Below are positions 51,860-64,000 of a stretch of 64,000 nt of DNA, piece after piece. A program made the translations under genes and the position numbers. The first letter of the stretch is position 1. Every line of letters begins with the position of its first letter. Origin of the DNA: Gracilinanus agilis (taxonomy: Eukaryota); contig NC_058135.1 in NCBI RefSeq assembly GCF_016433145.1, positions 185,650,785 through 185,714,784 on the forward strand, in the 5' to 3' direction. The notes under the pieces were generated by a model. The model was given only the letters and a program-made list of their open reading frames with translations, was not told where the DNA came from and did no database searches.

Positions 51860-54000
51860 AAAGAATTCATCAGGATAAAATGGTCAGAGGCATTAAATGT
51901 ACCAGATAGTAGAGAAAGATTAAGTGAGAAAAGATCATTAAATTTAGTGTTTTAAATGTCTTTGATAATTGTAAAGAGGATGGTTTCATCTTACTGATAA
52001 GATCAGAAGCTAAATGTAGAGTGAGCAGAAACAGAGGTAATGGAAACATGAAGTGTAGGATGATTTCTCAAAGAGTTTGGGGGATAAATGCTGGAAAGAT
52101 ATAGCATAAGAGTGTGAGAGATAGCAGAGTCTATTGAAGGTTTTGTGTATGTGCATGTGTGGGTGTGAATTTTGGCTCTTATTCTTTTGTTTGTTTTTAA
52201 GCAAGAGGGGAATTGAGCATATTTTAAGGCAATAGAGAAAGAACCAGTCCACCAGGAAAAATTAAAGATCAAGGAATAAGATATTATTGTGTATGTAATC
52301 TAATGGAGATATGAGACAATGATATCTAGTTCCCACTTAGATTGACCTGAGGAAGGAGAAAGCCACATCTTTGGCAGAGATTGAGGGAAAAGGGGAGATA
52401 ATAAGAGATAATGTCAAGGAGTTTTCAGATGAATAGAAGTGAAGGAGATTGAGGTCATGTTTAATGGTCTCAATTTTATCAGTAATGTCAAATACAAGAT
52501 TTGCAGCTGAGAGAAACTTAGGGAGTGGAAAATGCAGTGGTTTGAAGAGGGAAGAAAAGGTTTGGAATTGCTTCTGTAGTAAGTGATATGATGTGAATCA
52601 ATTTGTTGTTGTTCAGACATTTCGGGTGTGTCTAACTCTTCATTACCCTCATTTGGGGTTGTCTGGGCAAAGATGCTAGAGAAGTTTGACATTTCCTTCT
52701 CCAGCTCATTTTACAGATGAGGAAGCTGAGAAAAACAGGGTTAAGAGATTTGCCCAGGGTCACATAACTAGTAAGTGTCAAAGCTCATATTTGAACTCAG
52801 GTCTTCCAGAGTCCAGGATGAGTACCTTACCCATTGCACCACTTATTTGCCTGATGAATCAAAGAGAGAGGAATTAAAAAAAACTTATTTGTTACAGTGA
52901 TGGCCCAGTTAAGGACAAATAATATGGATTTCTAATGTACAGCTCCATCAGTTGAATTTGTTGGCTCTTGAGTAGGAAATGAAAATATAGAGGGTGTAAA
53001 TGGTACGAGGATTAAGATGAAGCAAGAGAAAAACAGTAATACGAATGTAATTATATATAGAGGATGATTGTATTCAAGAACACAGAACAATATAGAAATG
53101 AAATGGAAACCACTGGTTTTGTAGAGAGGGTAAGGAGTGAAATCAAAGAATGGGTAAGTCTGAACAAGTACTGAAAAACAGAAGGATTAAGGTATTGATG
53201 AGACCAAAGAAGTGGTTTAGGAAGAATAGATAATAAGGAAAGATGCAAGACTTTTACTAGATAGGGAAATGTCAAGTCTGATAACTAAATACCTAAATTG
53301 AATATTTATGAGGAATAGTGAGATTTAGTACATGACAATTCATAGGTGTACCTAAAGGTAGAGTACCAAAGTAGGTCATGGAATTTACCAAAGCTAAGAA
53401 ATTAGAAGTTTAAAGAGTTTAAGGGAGGAGTAAATATAAACATGTTCTAGTATAAGAGCAGAAGTTAAGGGTAGGAGATGGTTTACCAGTTATTGAACTT
53501 ATTTAGAAAAACGTGAGAATAACTAATAACTCATCTTTCAGGTGCCATGAATCTGATTTGGTAGAAAGTTTTAATTAAATGATCATAAAAAAAGAGGAAC
53601 ATTTATTAAATGAAGGAGGTACAGGAAGAATCTGGAAATTACATTGGAGAGTAAGGACTCTACCTCTTGTAGCAGTGTGGGGATAGGGGAGTAGGAGAGA
53701 AGATCTGCCCCCAAATAGAGAGGAAAGTCAATGATTCAATATTGGAGGGGAAGTAGGGCGAAATGTGGGAACATTGAAGGATCCAAGACAAAAGGTAATT
53801 TGTTATAGAATGGAAATTTCAGAGAGTAATTGGGATGGGAAATGAGTAGAGTAAAATGAGAATTAGAGGATTTAAGGAGTGTTGAAGGGGACAGAACTGA
53901 TAAAATGAGAGCCATGAGCAGGCAGTGAGAAAAGTCATGAGAAATCATAGGGGAAGTAGTCAGTACCAGATGTGTAGAGTAGTTCACAGTCTCTAAGGAG
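51860..54000 (-). mobile_element. Long degraded L2 with a nested MAR1 SINE
   Basis: About 2 kb of purine-rich antisense L2 ORF text, interrupted at about 52590-52850. Confidence 0.7.
52590..52850 (-). mobile_element. MAR1-type CORE-SINE
   Basis: tgttgttgttcagacatttc...atttggggttgtctgggcaaagatgctagag...ccttctccagctcattttacagatgaggaagctgag...ttgaactcagg. Confidence 0.9.
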
Positions 54001-54417
54001 GGTTATAGAAGGAGCTGGGCCCAGCTTAGATCTTTTCCTTCACCTAGATTTTTTGGTTGTGGATTAGGGTGGGGAATCTTGGGACATCTGGGCATAAAAA
54101 ATTCTCCTGCTCTTTTTGTGTGTCTATTGGAGGGGTGTGTGTGTGGGGGGAGGGGGAGAACAGTGAAGGTAATATTGAATTTACTCATGATATAAAATAA
54201 ATCTAGTACTTTGAGTAGTGTTAACTGTGAGCTACATGGGTTTTATAGTACACCAGTAATTAAACGAATCTCTTCTACCCTATTTTTTTTCATGACTTCT
54301 CATCATATTAAAGTCCAGGACTACAAAAAATGGATGTATTTTTAAAATCTACAAAATAATTTACTATACAATCATTAAAAATTAAACATTCAAAATTTAA
54401 AAAATACAATATAATCT

Positions 54418-54942
54418 GTCACTTGTCTGCATTTGCAATTATTATATAACATGCAGAGGTCTAAAAACATTTTGTGTTGATGTCAGTTTTATGTCTTAGG
54501 AATATTGATGAGGAAATAACAAAATGATGCTTTTAGGCTCTAAATTACAGCATTCCTACACAAGCTTTATTGTTACCAATGAGAAAACTAAAAGACTATA
54601 AAGGCTTAAGATCCATTAGGCAAGTACAGTCATGGTAAAAGGTCTTTTTCCCAGTGTAAACTAGGGCAGAAACATTCATGTAAGTTGCTTTTACTCAAAA
54701 TGGCATCTTTCAGCCTTGAGCAGAAGACACCTGTTCTCAATGAACTGATTTTATGAGTCTCAAAATAATTTGTTAGCATTTAAATAAGATGCAGTTGAAA
54801 AAACAAGAATAATGAATGTTGACATTATTTTCAACCCAGTTTTTTTTAACAATTTGTTAATGAAATAAGCAAGAATGACATAATTAATTAATTTGTTGAC
54901 CTCTGCATGTTACATAATAATTGCAAATGCAGACAAAATGAC
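54418..54942. repeat. Inverted repeat: arms 54418-54461 and 54898-54942, spacer 436 bp
   Basis: Core ttgtctgcatttgcaattattat(a/g)taacatgcagaggtc matches 38 of 39 nt between arm 1 and the reverse complement of arm 2. Confidence 0.95.
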
Positions 54943-55949
54943 TAAAAGAAAGGAATGTAATTAAGAGGAAAAGAGGACAAAGGGATAAAATAAGGAAGAG
55001 ATTCCTAGAAGGGGGTATATATCAAGAAAAGAGACAGGTGAGGGCGTAAGAGAGGTAGTCCAAGGTTACTGTGGTGTTCAGATCAAGAAATAAAGTACAA
55101 ATTGTGGGGATAAGGGAGCTACTTTTGGAAGGCTGGATAAAATAAGAACTAGGAAATGAGGGGGAAGGAATAAGGGAAAGTAACCTTAGAAGTGTAGGTC
55201 AATTTAGAATTAGAGCAAAGAGAGAGGATAATGCAGGGATTCCTAAAAGGGGTGAAGATTGGAGAGACAGTGATTAGAAGACATTGGACTTTGGAGGAGG
55301 ATCTGGGCAAAAGGAGAGGGTGAGAAAGACAGAGAGGAAAAATAGAATGTAGGGATATACACAACTGGTTATTATAATTTTGAACAAGAATGTTTTGAAT
55401 TCACTCATAAAAAGGAAATAGCAAAACAGATCAAAAACTAAAACCCAACAATATGTTGTTTATAAGAAGTACATATAAAAATGAGAGATCACATAGAATA
55501 AAAATAATGGGCTACAACAGAATATATTATGCCTTATCTGTTACAAAGAATATATGAGTAGGAATTGTGATCTCTGATAAAGTTAAAACTAAAATAGATT
55601 TGTTGAAAAAAAGATAAACAGGGAAATTATATTATGTTAAAAGGTCCCATAGATAATGATGCATTTTTAGTAGTAAACTTACATGCACTGAATGCTATTG
55701 CACCAAAAATTTTAAAGGAAAAGCTAAACAAGTTACAGTTTGAAGTAGATAACAAAACAATACTGGGGGATTAAGTTTTCCCCTCTCAGAAGTGGAGAAA
55801 TCTAACCAAAAAATAAATAAGAAAAAAGTCAAGAAAATGAATAGAATCTGAAATAAATTAAATAGGATAGATATCTGGAAAGAAATGAATGGAAACAGAA
55901 AGTATACCTTCATAGTGGTAAATGATACCTTTACAAAACTTGACCATAT

Positions 55950-56135
55950 GGGAGGCAGCTAGGTGGCTCAGTAGATTTAGAGCCAGGCTCAGAGGTGCTT
56001 GGTTCAAATTTGACTTTAGATACTTCCTAGCTGTAGGACCCTGTGCAAGTTGTTTTATCCACCATTTCCTAGCCCTTACTGCTCTTCTGCCTTAGAACAA
56101 CCAGGATATTGATTCTAAGATGGAAGGTAAGAATT
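55950..56135 (+). mobile_element. SINE1_Mdo-type SINE nested in L1 ORF2
   Basis: ggaggcagctaggtggctcagtagatttagagccagg...ggttcaaat...gattctaagatggaaggtaag; degenerate TSD aaaacttgaccatat / aaaaattgatcacatat. Confidence 0.9.
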
Positions 56136-57397
56136 TTTTTAAAAATTGATCACATATTAGGGCACAAATACATTATACTTAAATATAAAGAAGCATAAAT
56201 ATTAAATGCATTCTTTTCAAACCACAATGTAATAAAAAATTATATATGGGACCATAGAAACACAAAGTAAAAATGAAATGGAGACTAAATAACTTTATCC
56301 TAAATAATGAGTGGATTAAAAAACAAGTCTTATGAAAACAATCAATAATTTAATTAAAGATAATAATGAAACAACATACCAAAATACATGATATACATAA
56401 AAAAGCTGTAATTAGAGGACAATTATATCTCTAAAAACTTATTTCAATAAAAGAGAAATAACAGATCAAAGAATAAGGAATACATTTTTCAAAAATACTA
56501 GAAAAAGAACAAAAATTAAAATCCCTAACTAAATAGAAAATTAGAAAAAATCAAATGTGAGATCAATAAAAATAAATATAAGAAAGTCATTTAAATTAAT
56601 TAACAAAATTTGGAGTTGATTTTGTGAAAAATCAACAAAATAAATAAAATGCTGGATAATGATAAAAAAGACAGAAGAAAACCAAATTAGTAGCATTAAA
56701 AATGAAAGGGTGACTATATCATCAATAAAGATGAAATTAAAGTTATTACTAGGAGTTATTTTGTTCAATTATATGCCAATAAATTTAACTTTGTGAAATG
56801 GAAGTATACCTACAAAAATAAGAACTGGTTAGACTATTAGAGGAAGAAATATAATATCTAAATAAATCTAATTTAGAAGAAGAAATTGAACAAGCCATAA
56901 ATGAACTTCATTAAAAAAAAAAAAGTATCAGCATCAAGTATATTTATTTGGTAGTGAATACTACCAAACATTTAAAGGTAAACTAATCCTAATATTAAAT
57001 AAATTATTTGAATTAATGGGTAAGGAAAGAGTTTTACAAAACTCTTTTTATAAAATAAATACAGTGCTGGAAACTAAACCAAAAAGAACAAAAACAGAAG
57101 GAAAACTAAAGATCAATCTTAATAATGAACATGGATATAAAAATTCTAAATAAAATACTAGTAAGGACAATTATATATCACAAAGATTACATTGAGACCA
57201 AACAGAATTTATATCAGGAACTCAAGGATGGTTTAATATGATAAAATTATAAATATGAACATATTTATAAAAGTAAAAAATCATATTATTATGTCAATAG
57301 ATGCAAGAAAAGCCTTTGACAAAATACAATACTCATTTCTAGTAAAAACACTGGAAGCATAGATATAAATGGATTTTTTTCTTTAAATGATAAGATG

Positions 57398-57605
57398 CAG
57401 GAATGTCAGCTGTATGGCTCATAAGATTGAGAACAAGGCCAAAAGTCAGGAGGTCCTGGGTTCAAATCTAACCTCAGATACTTTCCAGCTGTATAATCCC
57501 AGGCAAGTCACTTAGCCCACATTGCCTAGCTTTTACTGCTCTACTACCTTAGAACTAATACACAGTATTGATTCAAAGACAGAATACAAGTGTTTTAAAA
57601 AAATT
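57398..57605 (+). mobile_element. Older SINE1_Mdo-type SINE nested in L1 ORF2
   Basis: aggaggtcctgggttcaaatctaacctcagatac...agaactaatacacagtattgattcaaagac. Confidence 0.85.
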
Positions 57606-59613
57606 ATACAAAGCATCTACTTAAAATCATCAGCAAATATTATTTATAAAAATAATAAGGCCAAGAATGAAACAGAGGACCATTAATAGCAACATTATTT
57701 AATATCGTATTAGAAATGCTAACAATAATAAAAGAAAAATAAATTAAAAGAAACAGAATGAGCAGAGAGCAAATATAACTATTGCTTTTTGCAGACAATA
57801 TGACTGTATATATGGAAAATACTGGAGATTGAACTATAAAGGTATTTGAAACTATCAATAAATTTAACAAAGTAGCAGGATATAAAATTTACATCAATCA
57901 CAAGCATTTTAATATATTATTAACAAAATCTTACAAGATATAGAATGAGATATCCAATTTAAAATAACCACAGACAAAATAAACTACCTAGGAGTATACT
58001 TATAAAACAGACTCAAAAGCTGCACAAACATAATTATAAAGTACTTTTTACACAAATGAAGTCAGATTTAAATAATTGAAGAAATGTTAATTGTACATAC
58101 CTGGGCAGTGCCAATATAATTAAAATAACAATCCTATCTAAACCATTTACTTATTCAATGTCATCCCAATGAAATTACTAAAAATGTATTTGATTGAGCT
58201 AGAAAAAATAATAATATTCACTTGAAAGAACAAAAATCAAGAATATCAAATGAATTAATGAAAAAAATTGCAAAGGCTTACCAGTACCAGAAGTTAAACT
58301 ATATTATAAAGTAGTTATTATCAAAACTATCTGTACTGACTAAGAAATAGAATGGCAGATGAGTGGAACATAACATACAATAAGCAGTAATAAAAGATTA
58401 GAGTAACCATGTATTTGACAAAAATATAGACCCAAGCTTTAGGGATAAGAACTTACTATTTTTTTTAAGATTGCTGGGACAATTAGAAAGTCTGGCAGAA
58501 GCTAGATATAGACAAATATCTTACACTATTCACTTAGATAAGATCAAAATAGATACATGACCTACCCATAAAAGGAGATATCATAACCAAGTTAGAAGAG
58601 AAGAGAGCATGTTACCTGTCAGATTTATGGAAAGGAGAGGAATTTATAAGTAAACAAGAGGTGAATATCATGAGTTATAAACTGAATAACCCTCATTACA
58701 TTAAATTAAAAGGTTTCTATACAAATAAAAACCAATGGAGCAAAGACTAGAAGAAAAACAGAAAATTGGGATAAATTTTTCTAGATAGTTTCTCTGATAG
58801 AAATTTCATATCTAAAATATATAGAGAACATTTTCAAAGTTATTAGAGTTAGAGCCATTCCTCAATTGATAAATAAACAAAAGATATGAACAGACACTTT
58901 TTGGATGAAGAATTCAAAGCCATTTATGGATATATGAAAAAATGCTCTAAATCACTACTGACTATAGAACTACAAAACCAAAAAAAAAATGCTGAGGTAT
59001 CATTTCATATCTATCAGATTGGCTAAAATTATAAAAGGACAAAATGACAAACATTGGATGGGATGTAGAAAAATGGGGACACTAATACACTGAAATTGTG
59101 AATTGTTGGTGGAAATTGTGATTCAAACATTTTGGAGAACAATTTGGAATTACTCCCACAGAACTATAAAACTGGGTTCATCCTTAAACCCTATAATAGT
59201 ATTGCTGGGTTTCTCTCCCTCATGATCATGGCAAAAGTAAGAGAACCTGTATGTTTCAAAATATTTACAGTAGCTCTCTTTGTGGTAGCAAAGAACTAGA
59301 AACTGAGGGAATGTCCATCAATTGGGGAATGGCTGGACAAATTGTGATATATAATTAGCTTCATTTTAAAAAATTAAGAAAGATCTATATGAAGAAATGA
59401 AGACTGGCATAAGTAAAAGAACATTATATAGAACCACATAATTAATATTTGAAGAATAAATTGTGAATACCTCCAGAAAATGAACTGAAAAAATAGAAAT
59501 ATAAAGACACAATCAATATATACATATCTTTTTGTTGGATCATAATTTCTGTGGTGTCATGAGGGAAGGGGAGGTGGTGAGATATCTGGGAATAAATTCT
59601 GTTAAATAAATAA

Positions 59614-59797
59614 CTTTTTTTTAAACCCTTAACTTCTGCGTATTGGCTCATAAGTGGAGAGTGGTAAGGGTGGGCAATGGGGGTCAAGTGACTTGCCCAG
59701 GGTCACATAGCTGGAAAGTGTCTGAGGCCAGATTTGAACCTAGGGCCTCCCGGCTCCAGGCCTGGCTCTCAATCCACTGAGCTACCCAGCTGCCCCC
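59614..59797 (-). mobile_element. Young full-length SINE1_Mdo (short-tail variant)
   Basis: Reverse complement begins gggggcagctgggtagctcagtggattgagagccaggcctggagccgggaggccctaggttcaaatc with intact A and B boxes; TSD aaataaataa on both sides. Confidence 0.95.
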
Positions 59798-60609
59798 AAA
59801 TAAATAAATTTTAAAAAGAAAAAGAAAGATTTGATGAAAAGACGGCAATTATAAGAGAGGTTTCACTAGAAAAAAAAAATAAGGACTGACTTTCCATAAG
59901 ATCTGCCTCAGTTATCGCCTAGTTGTATGGCCCTGGGCAAGGCACTTAACCCCAATTTCCTAGTCCTTGCTCCTCTTTCATCTTAGAAATGATACTAAGT
60001 CAGAAGCTAAGAGCTGTTGTTCGTTTTTTTTTTTTTTTTTTGTCAAGTCACTAGTCAATAAGCATTTAATAATCTTACAACATGCTAGCCCTGTGCTAAG
60101 ATATAATGGGATTCAAATGATAGTCCCTGCACTCATCATGCAAACTGTTATGTATAAACATTGAAGTAGTTCCTGTACATAAAGTTATGAAAAAAGAAAT
60201 GGTATATTAAATGAATAGTAGATAATCAACAAAGGGAAAGAACTAGAATTTGAGTAGGATTGGAAAAGGCTTCCCATAGAACAGCAGTGTCAGACTCAAA
60301 GGGAAACAGGGCCACTAAACTATACATGAAGATATGACCATAATATACTGATACTCTTCATGGGGTTTTCTTGACAAAGGGACTAGAATTATTTGCCATT
60401 TCGTCTTCAGTGGATTAAGTGTCTAAGGCCAGATTTAAATTCAGATCTTCCTGACTACATGCCCACTCTATCCACTGAGCCACCATTTTGACTTAGAAAA
60501 CCATATTTGATCACTATTTTTTATTTCTATTTAACAATAATTTCCCAATTATATTTTAATCTAGTTCAGCCATACTTAGTTCTGGATCAAAGATGGCATA
60601 TGTAAACTA

Positions 60610-61591
60610 TGTAAGGATGGGTTTTGTGCAAGGGAAATGGAACAAAAGGAGCCAGAGAAGGAGTGGCTTACAGTTGGTGACAGTTACTGACAGTTGAGAC
60701 CAGAGAGAATTCTGGGAAATTCTCCAGGGAAGGAAGAAGGAGGAAGGAGGAGAAGGCTTCCAGTGGAGGACTGAGGGAAAAGAGAGGAGGAGGACATCCC
60801 AGCTTGGATCCAGTCCTGAGGGCTTCCTGAGGATCTTTCTTTAGACATTGATACCCCAATTCCCTAGTCAAAGGCATCCCATAGCTTCTTGCCCATCAAG
60901 ACTTTAACCATTGAGTTAGCTAAGTTTTTGAACTCCATTTTGGGAGCGATCTCTTAGTCTCCTTCTCCTATTACCCAACCTTGCTGAGAGACCCCTCTTC
61001 AGTCAAAACTTACAATTATAGGAAAAGATAGAAACAGAAAACTAGAAATACAAACAGAAGAGAAGGAGTGGGGGAAGAAGCTTAGGAGTGGGAGTCATTA
61101 AGGTTCTCACCTAAGTGAGGGACTCCATATGAATAGAGAAGAGGGCACCCCAAATCCCTCTGCCCTTCACCCCTTTCCCCAATCCCTGAATTGTGATTAA
61201 TAAAAGCCATTCATTAGTCAGATAGCATTCCAGAGTGCCTGAGAGACAACAAGGGGGAGGGGAACCACAGCTTGGTCTGGCTGCCTCCATCTTGGAGCCG
61301 GACCACTCGCCGGGAAGTTGACTGACCTCATGGGAGGCTTCTGTGAACCCCGCCCTCATTCAGAATCAGATTGGGGTACCCCATACCTTGTCTTATAGGG
61401 AAGCCTTGCCCCCTACTCCTGTGGGGTACCATGACTATCCAGGTCACCCAGTTTCAGGGTGACACCCCCTCGAAGTCTCCCAGAGTATATTTGGCATGAG
61501 GGGAGAGCTAGAAGAGAGTCTCACCTCATAGACTCTCTCTCTCTCTCTCCCCTCTATAAAACATTAGTCTCTGGCTCTCTTTATTATTACA
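60610..61591 (+). mobile_element. Solo LTR, 982 bp (ERV1-like)
   Basis: Starts tgtaagg, ends ttattaca (TG...CA); 4-bp TSD acta at 60606-60609 and 61592-61595; aataaa at about 61199; GC-rich with retained CpGs. Confidence 0.85.
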
Positions 61592-61867
61592 ACTAGAATG
61601 AATAGGGAAGATTTAGATTCTAAGGGGCTCTTACACTGGATCCTGTGGGTAATGGGAGCAGGAGGAATTTACTGAGTCTGAGATTAACATGGTTGGGGAA
61701 GCATTTAAGGAAGATCATTTTTGGTGGTGAATGTTGAATGTAGTGGAGTGTGGTGAGACTTGTGATATGCAAATTATTTGCATTAAGTTGCACAATAAAG
61801 AATGAGAAAAACTCCTCTGGTTCTGACTTGGATAGAAAACCTAGAAAAAACATTTAATATCACCTAA

Positions 61868-62097
61868 ACCTGCATTGGTAAAGGCATGGCACAGATGCCC
61901 TGAAGTGCTGGGGCGGGGCTGCTCCCCTCTCCCGCTCTAACACATCTGTGGGCAATTTTCATATGTCCCATCCCTCCCCAGCTGCCCAAAGCCAGCAGTT
62001 CCTCCCTCTGTTGTCTGGGGTAATGTGGGGGGCTCACAGGCAGCTTGAAGGTGTAGTTTGGGCGCATGATCTCTAAAAGTTTTGCCAATCAATACTG
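61868..62097 (+). mobile_element. Degenerate short member of hAT MITE family A
   Basis: ggcatggcac..., ggggctgctcccctctccc..., ctcacaggcagc and ctctaaaagttttgccaatc align with the 16800-17291 copy; TIRs eroded. Confidence 0.65.
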
Positions 62098-62842
62098 ACA
62101 AAACTCTCATTCTATTTCTTAGGAAATTAAGATCCAAAAAGGTTGTGCAAATTGCCTGAGGTCACATAGCTAATTGGATGTACACCTAAAATGAAGATCT
62201 CTTTAATTCCTTTCCCAGTGCATTTTCCACTAAACAACAAAATGTTGTCCTTCCATATTTGGAAAATATGGGCAGCCTAGAGGCTGGGCATTGTGACAGT
62301 CATTATTAGGAACTAACTGCAGAATAACTGTGAAAAGTAAAGATGGATGACTAAGGGAACTAGCTGAATACACAGAAAAAGTAATCAGAGCCAAGTAGAA
62401 AAAGGAACAATTTTTGACATATGAACAATAGAAGACAAAATGAGACTCAGCTTGGTTGAAGCAAACTAAAGGATGATGTATGTATTCAGCACATTATTTT
62501 CTTTTCTTTCTTACTTCTAGATGGTTGTAAAATGTGACTCTCACAATGAAATCATCTTTTGCACTGAATAATATGAAGAAAATATTTTAGGTAGCTTATA
62601 GTTTCAGATATTACAGGTTTGGTTTTAGATATATATTTTTCTTTTCATTTCATATAGAGATGAGAAGTTTCATGAGATGAGGGCAAGTACTCAAAATTTT
62701 CTTGAGCAAGTCACAGATGAGTAGGTGAAATGATATAACAGCAGAATATAGATCAAGTGAAAAAAGACATCACATGGGAGACATTATGTCACACATGCCT
62801 TTTAGGAAGATATTAAAACTAAAGAGTCAGATGGTAGCTTAC

Positions 62843-62875
62843 TTGGTCTACAATTCCACCTGATTTCTACAATGC
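62843..62875 (-). other. Candidate 33-nt phase 1-1 micro-exon (xIVEIRWNCRP)
   Basis: Minus-strand acceptor ctgctgttattttag, donor CAA|gtaagc; only one frame open. Confidence 0.22.
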
Positions 62876-64000
62876 CTAAAATAACAGCAGTCCCCTGTTT
62901 GCCATGCCAAAGAAATTTAGTTGATCTTGTTTAATTTGAAAATGCTCTGGAAAGTCCAGTCCAGAGAATTCTGAGGCAGAAGAACAAGAATTGTTTGCCA
63001 GATTTCTTTCCTAGCCTTCCTTCCCTTTGGGGGATTTCCCTCTGAAACTACTTCCCATGTGTCTGTCTGTCTATCTAAATTATTGTATATATACATACAT
63101 ATAAGTGTGCATGTTTGTATGTATATATATATATACACACACACATACATATATGTATATACAGTTTATATTTTGTCTCCCCTATTAGAATGTTACTCAA
63201 AAAAAAATGTGCCATGATTTTATTTTTCTTTGTATCCTCAGATCTTAGCATTTAAGACATGGAAACTGTTTAATACATCATTGATGACCAAATGATTGGT
63301 CATAACTTCTTTGATGTCTGCTCTTGGAACAGGACTGCCTCAAAATTAATATCTCAAAAACCAGTTTCAGAAGAGACAATGTGCTCAAATACAGGGATTT
63401 TAAAGACAGCAGAATGTATAATATTTAAATCCAATGCCTAATATTTCTGTATCTGTAAAGATAGAGGATGACCTGTTGACATCTTGTGATGGTGCTGATG
63501 ATAAAATATTTATCTATAATTCATCTTCTGTGAAAATTCAACAGGTCTTACTTTGCCCTCCCCCACAACCAACAAGTGATGTTGTGTCTCATCTCACAAT
63601 TCAATGGTTAATTAATATTGTTGAGAATGTGGAATGTAACAGTTGCTGCATATGTTATGAGGAAATTTGGGATAATGTCCATAAAGAAAAAACCATTAGC
63701 AAATTCATTAAATAAGGTCATGTTTACATGTCTATCATCAATTATAATCACCTGTTGGTTTAAACTGAGGTCTCTTTAGTTTATTACAGTCATTACTGTC
63801 TGTCACACAGCGATAATGGCTTAAATTTCACAAGCACATGTGCATTCTTGTTAGGGTTCCAATTTCAGTTAATATTTTTTATAGAATTACAATCCTCAAG
63901 AAGACATAGGACATTACTTAACCTAATAAATTATTATTGTACACTGTAAGACTTTAAACAGAACCCTGTATTTAATAGATTTCTTCATAGTTGTTCTTTG

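Larger units (their letters stand above)
54943..59600 (+). mobile_element. Old marsupial L1: purine-rich inter-ORF spacer, near-complete degraded ORF2 and partial 3' UTR
   Basis: From about 55365 the text decodes with frameshifts to the L1 endonuclease start (NS.IKRK...NPTICCL.E.H-like), then RT and C-terminal regions; two SINE insertions inside. The 5' limit at about 54943 is inferred. Confidence 0.9.

Noticed and set aside
54418-54942. Reading the inverted repeat as a standard MITE or a pre-miRNA
   Set aside because: No TSD and no hAT or Tc1-type terminal bases; the 436-bp loop is far too long for a miRNA hairpin. Kept as an unexplained finding.
1-64000. Prokaryotic systems (CRISPR, operons, defence islands, rRNA/tRNA genes)
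   Set aside because: Coding density is near zero and the DNA is full of mammalian retroposons. The short direct repeats occur only twice and lack spacer arrays. tRNA-like A/B boxes all belong to SINE heads.

Overview
This is eukaryotic genomic DNA, not prokaryotic: AT-rich, strongly CpG-depleted and dominated by interspersed repeats. The repeat set points to a marsupial, most likely a didelphid opossum (Monodelphis-like). It includes tRNA-headed SINEs with the SINE1_Mdo-type tail, MAR1-type CORE-SINEs, MIR, L2, L3/CR1, an RTE-related element, marsupial-type L1s, hAT MITEs and solo LTRs. Family names are recalled from memory of the consensus sequences, not from a database search, and boundaries of old repeats are approximate. 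No long ORF exists, and nearly all ORFs in the supplied track look like chance or repeat-derived frames. The window reads as intronic or intergenic DNA. It has a few short splice-site-bounded exon candidates; the best are a minus-strand phase-1 pair at 2346-2450 and 2070-2132. I could not assign them to any gene. There are no CRISPR arrays, rRNA genes or true tRNA genes. The most interesting sequence-level signals are: (i) a 38/39-identical inverted repeat with a 436-bp spacer, no TSD, and abutting an old L1; (ii) a second, older inverted-repeat pair; (iii) four hAT MITEs with 8-bp TSDs sharing a TAG core, one resembling the horizontally transferred hAT1 group; (iv) the unassigned exon chains. 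I did not find convincing evidence of a new biological system.
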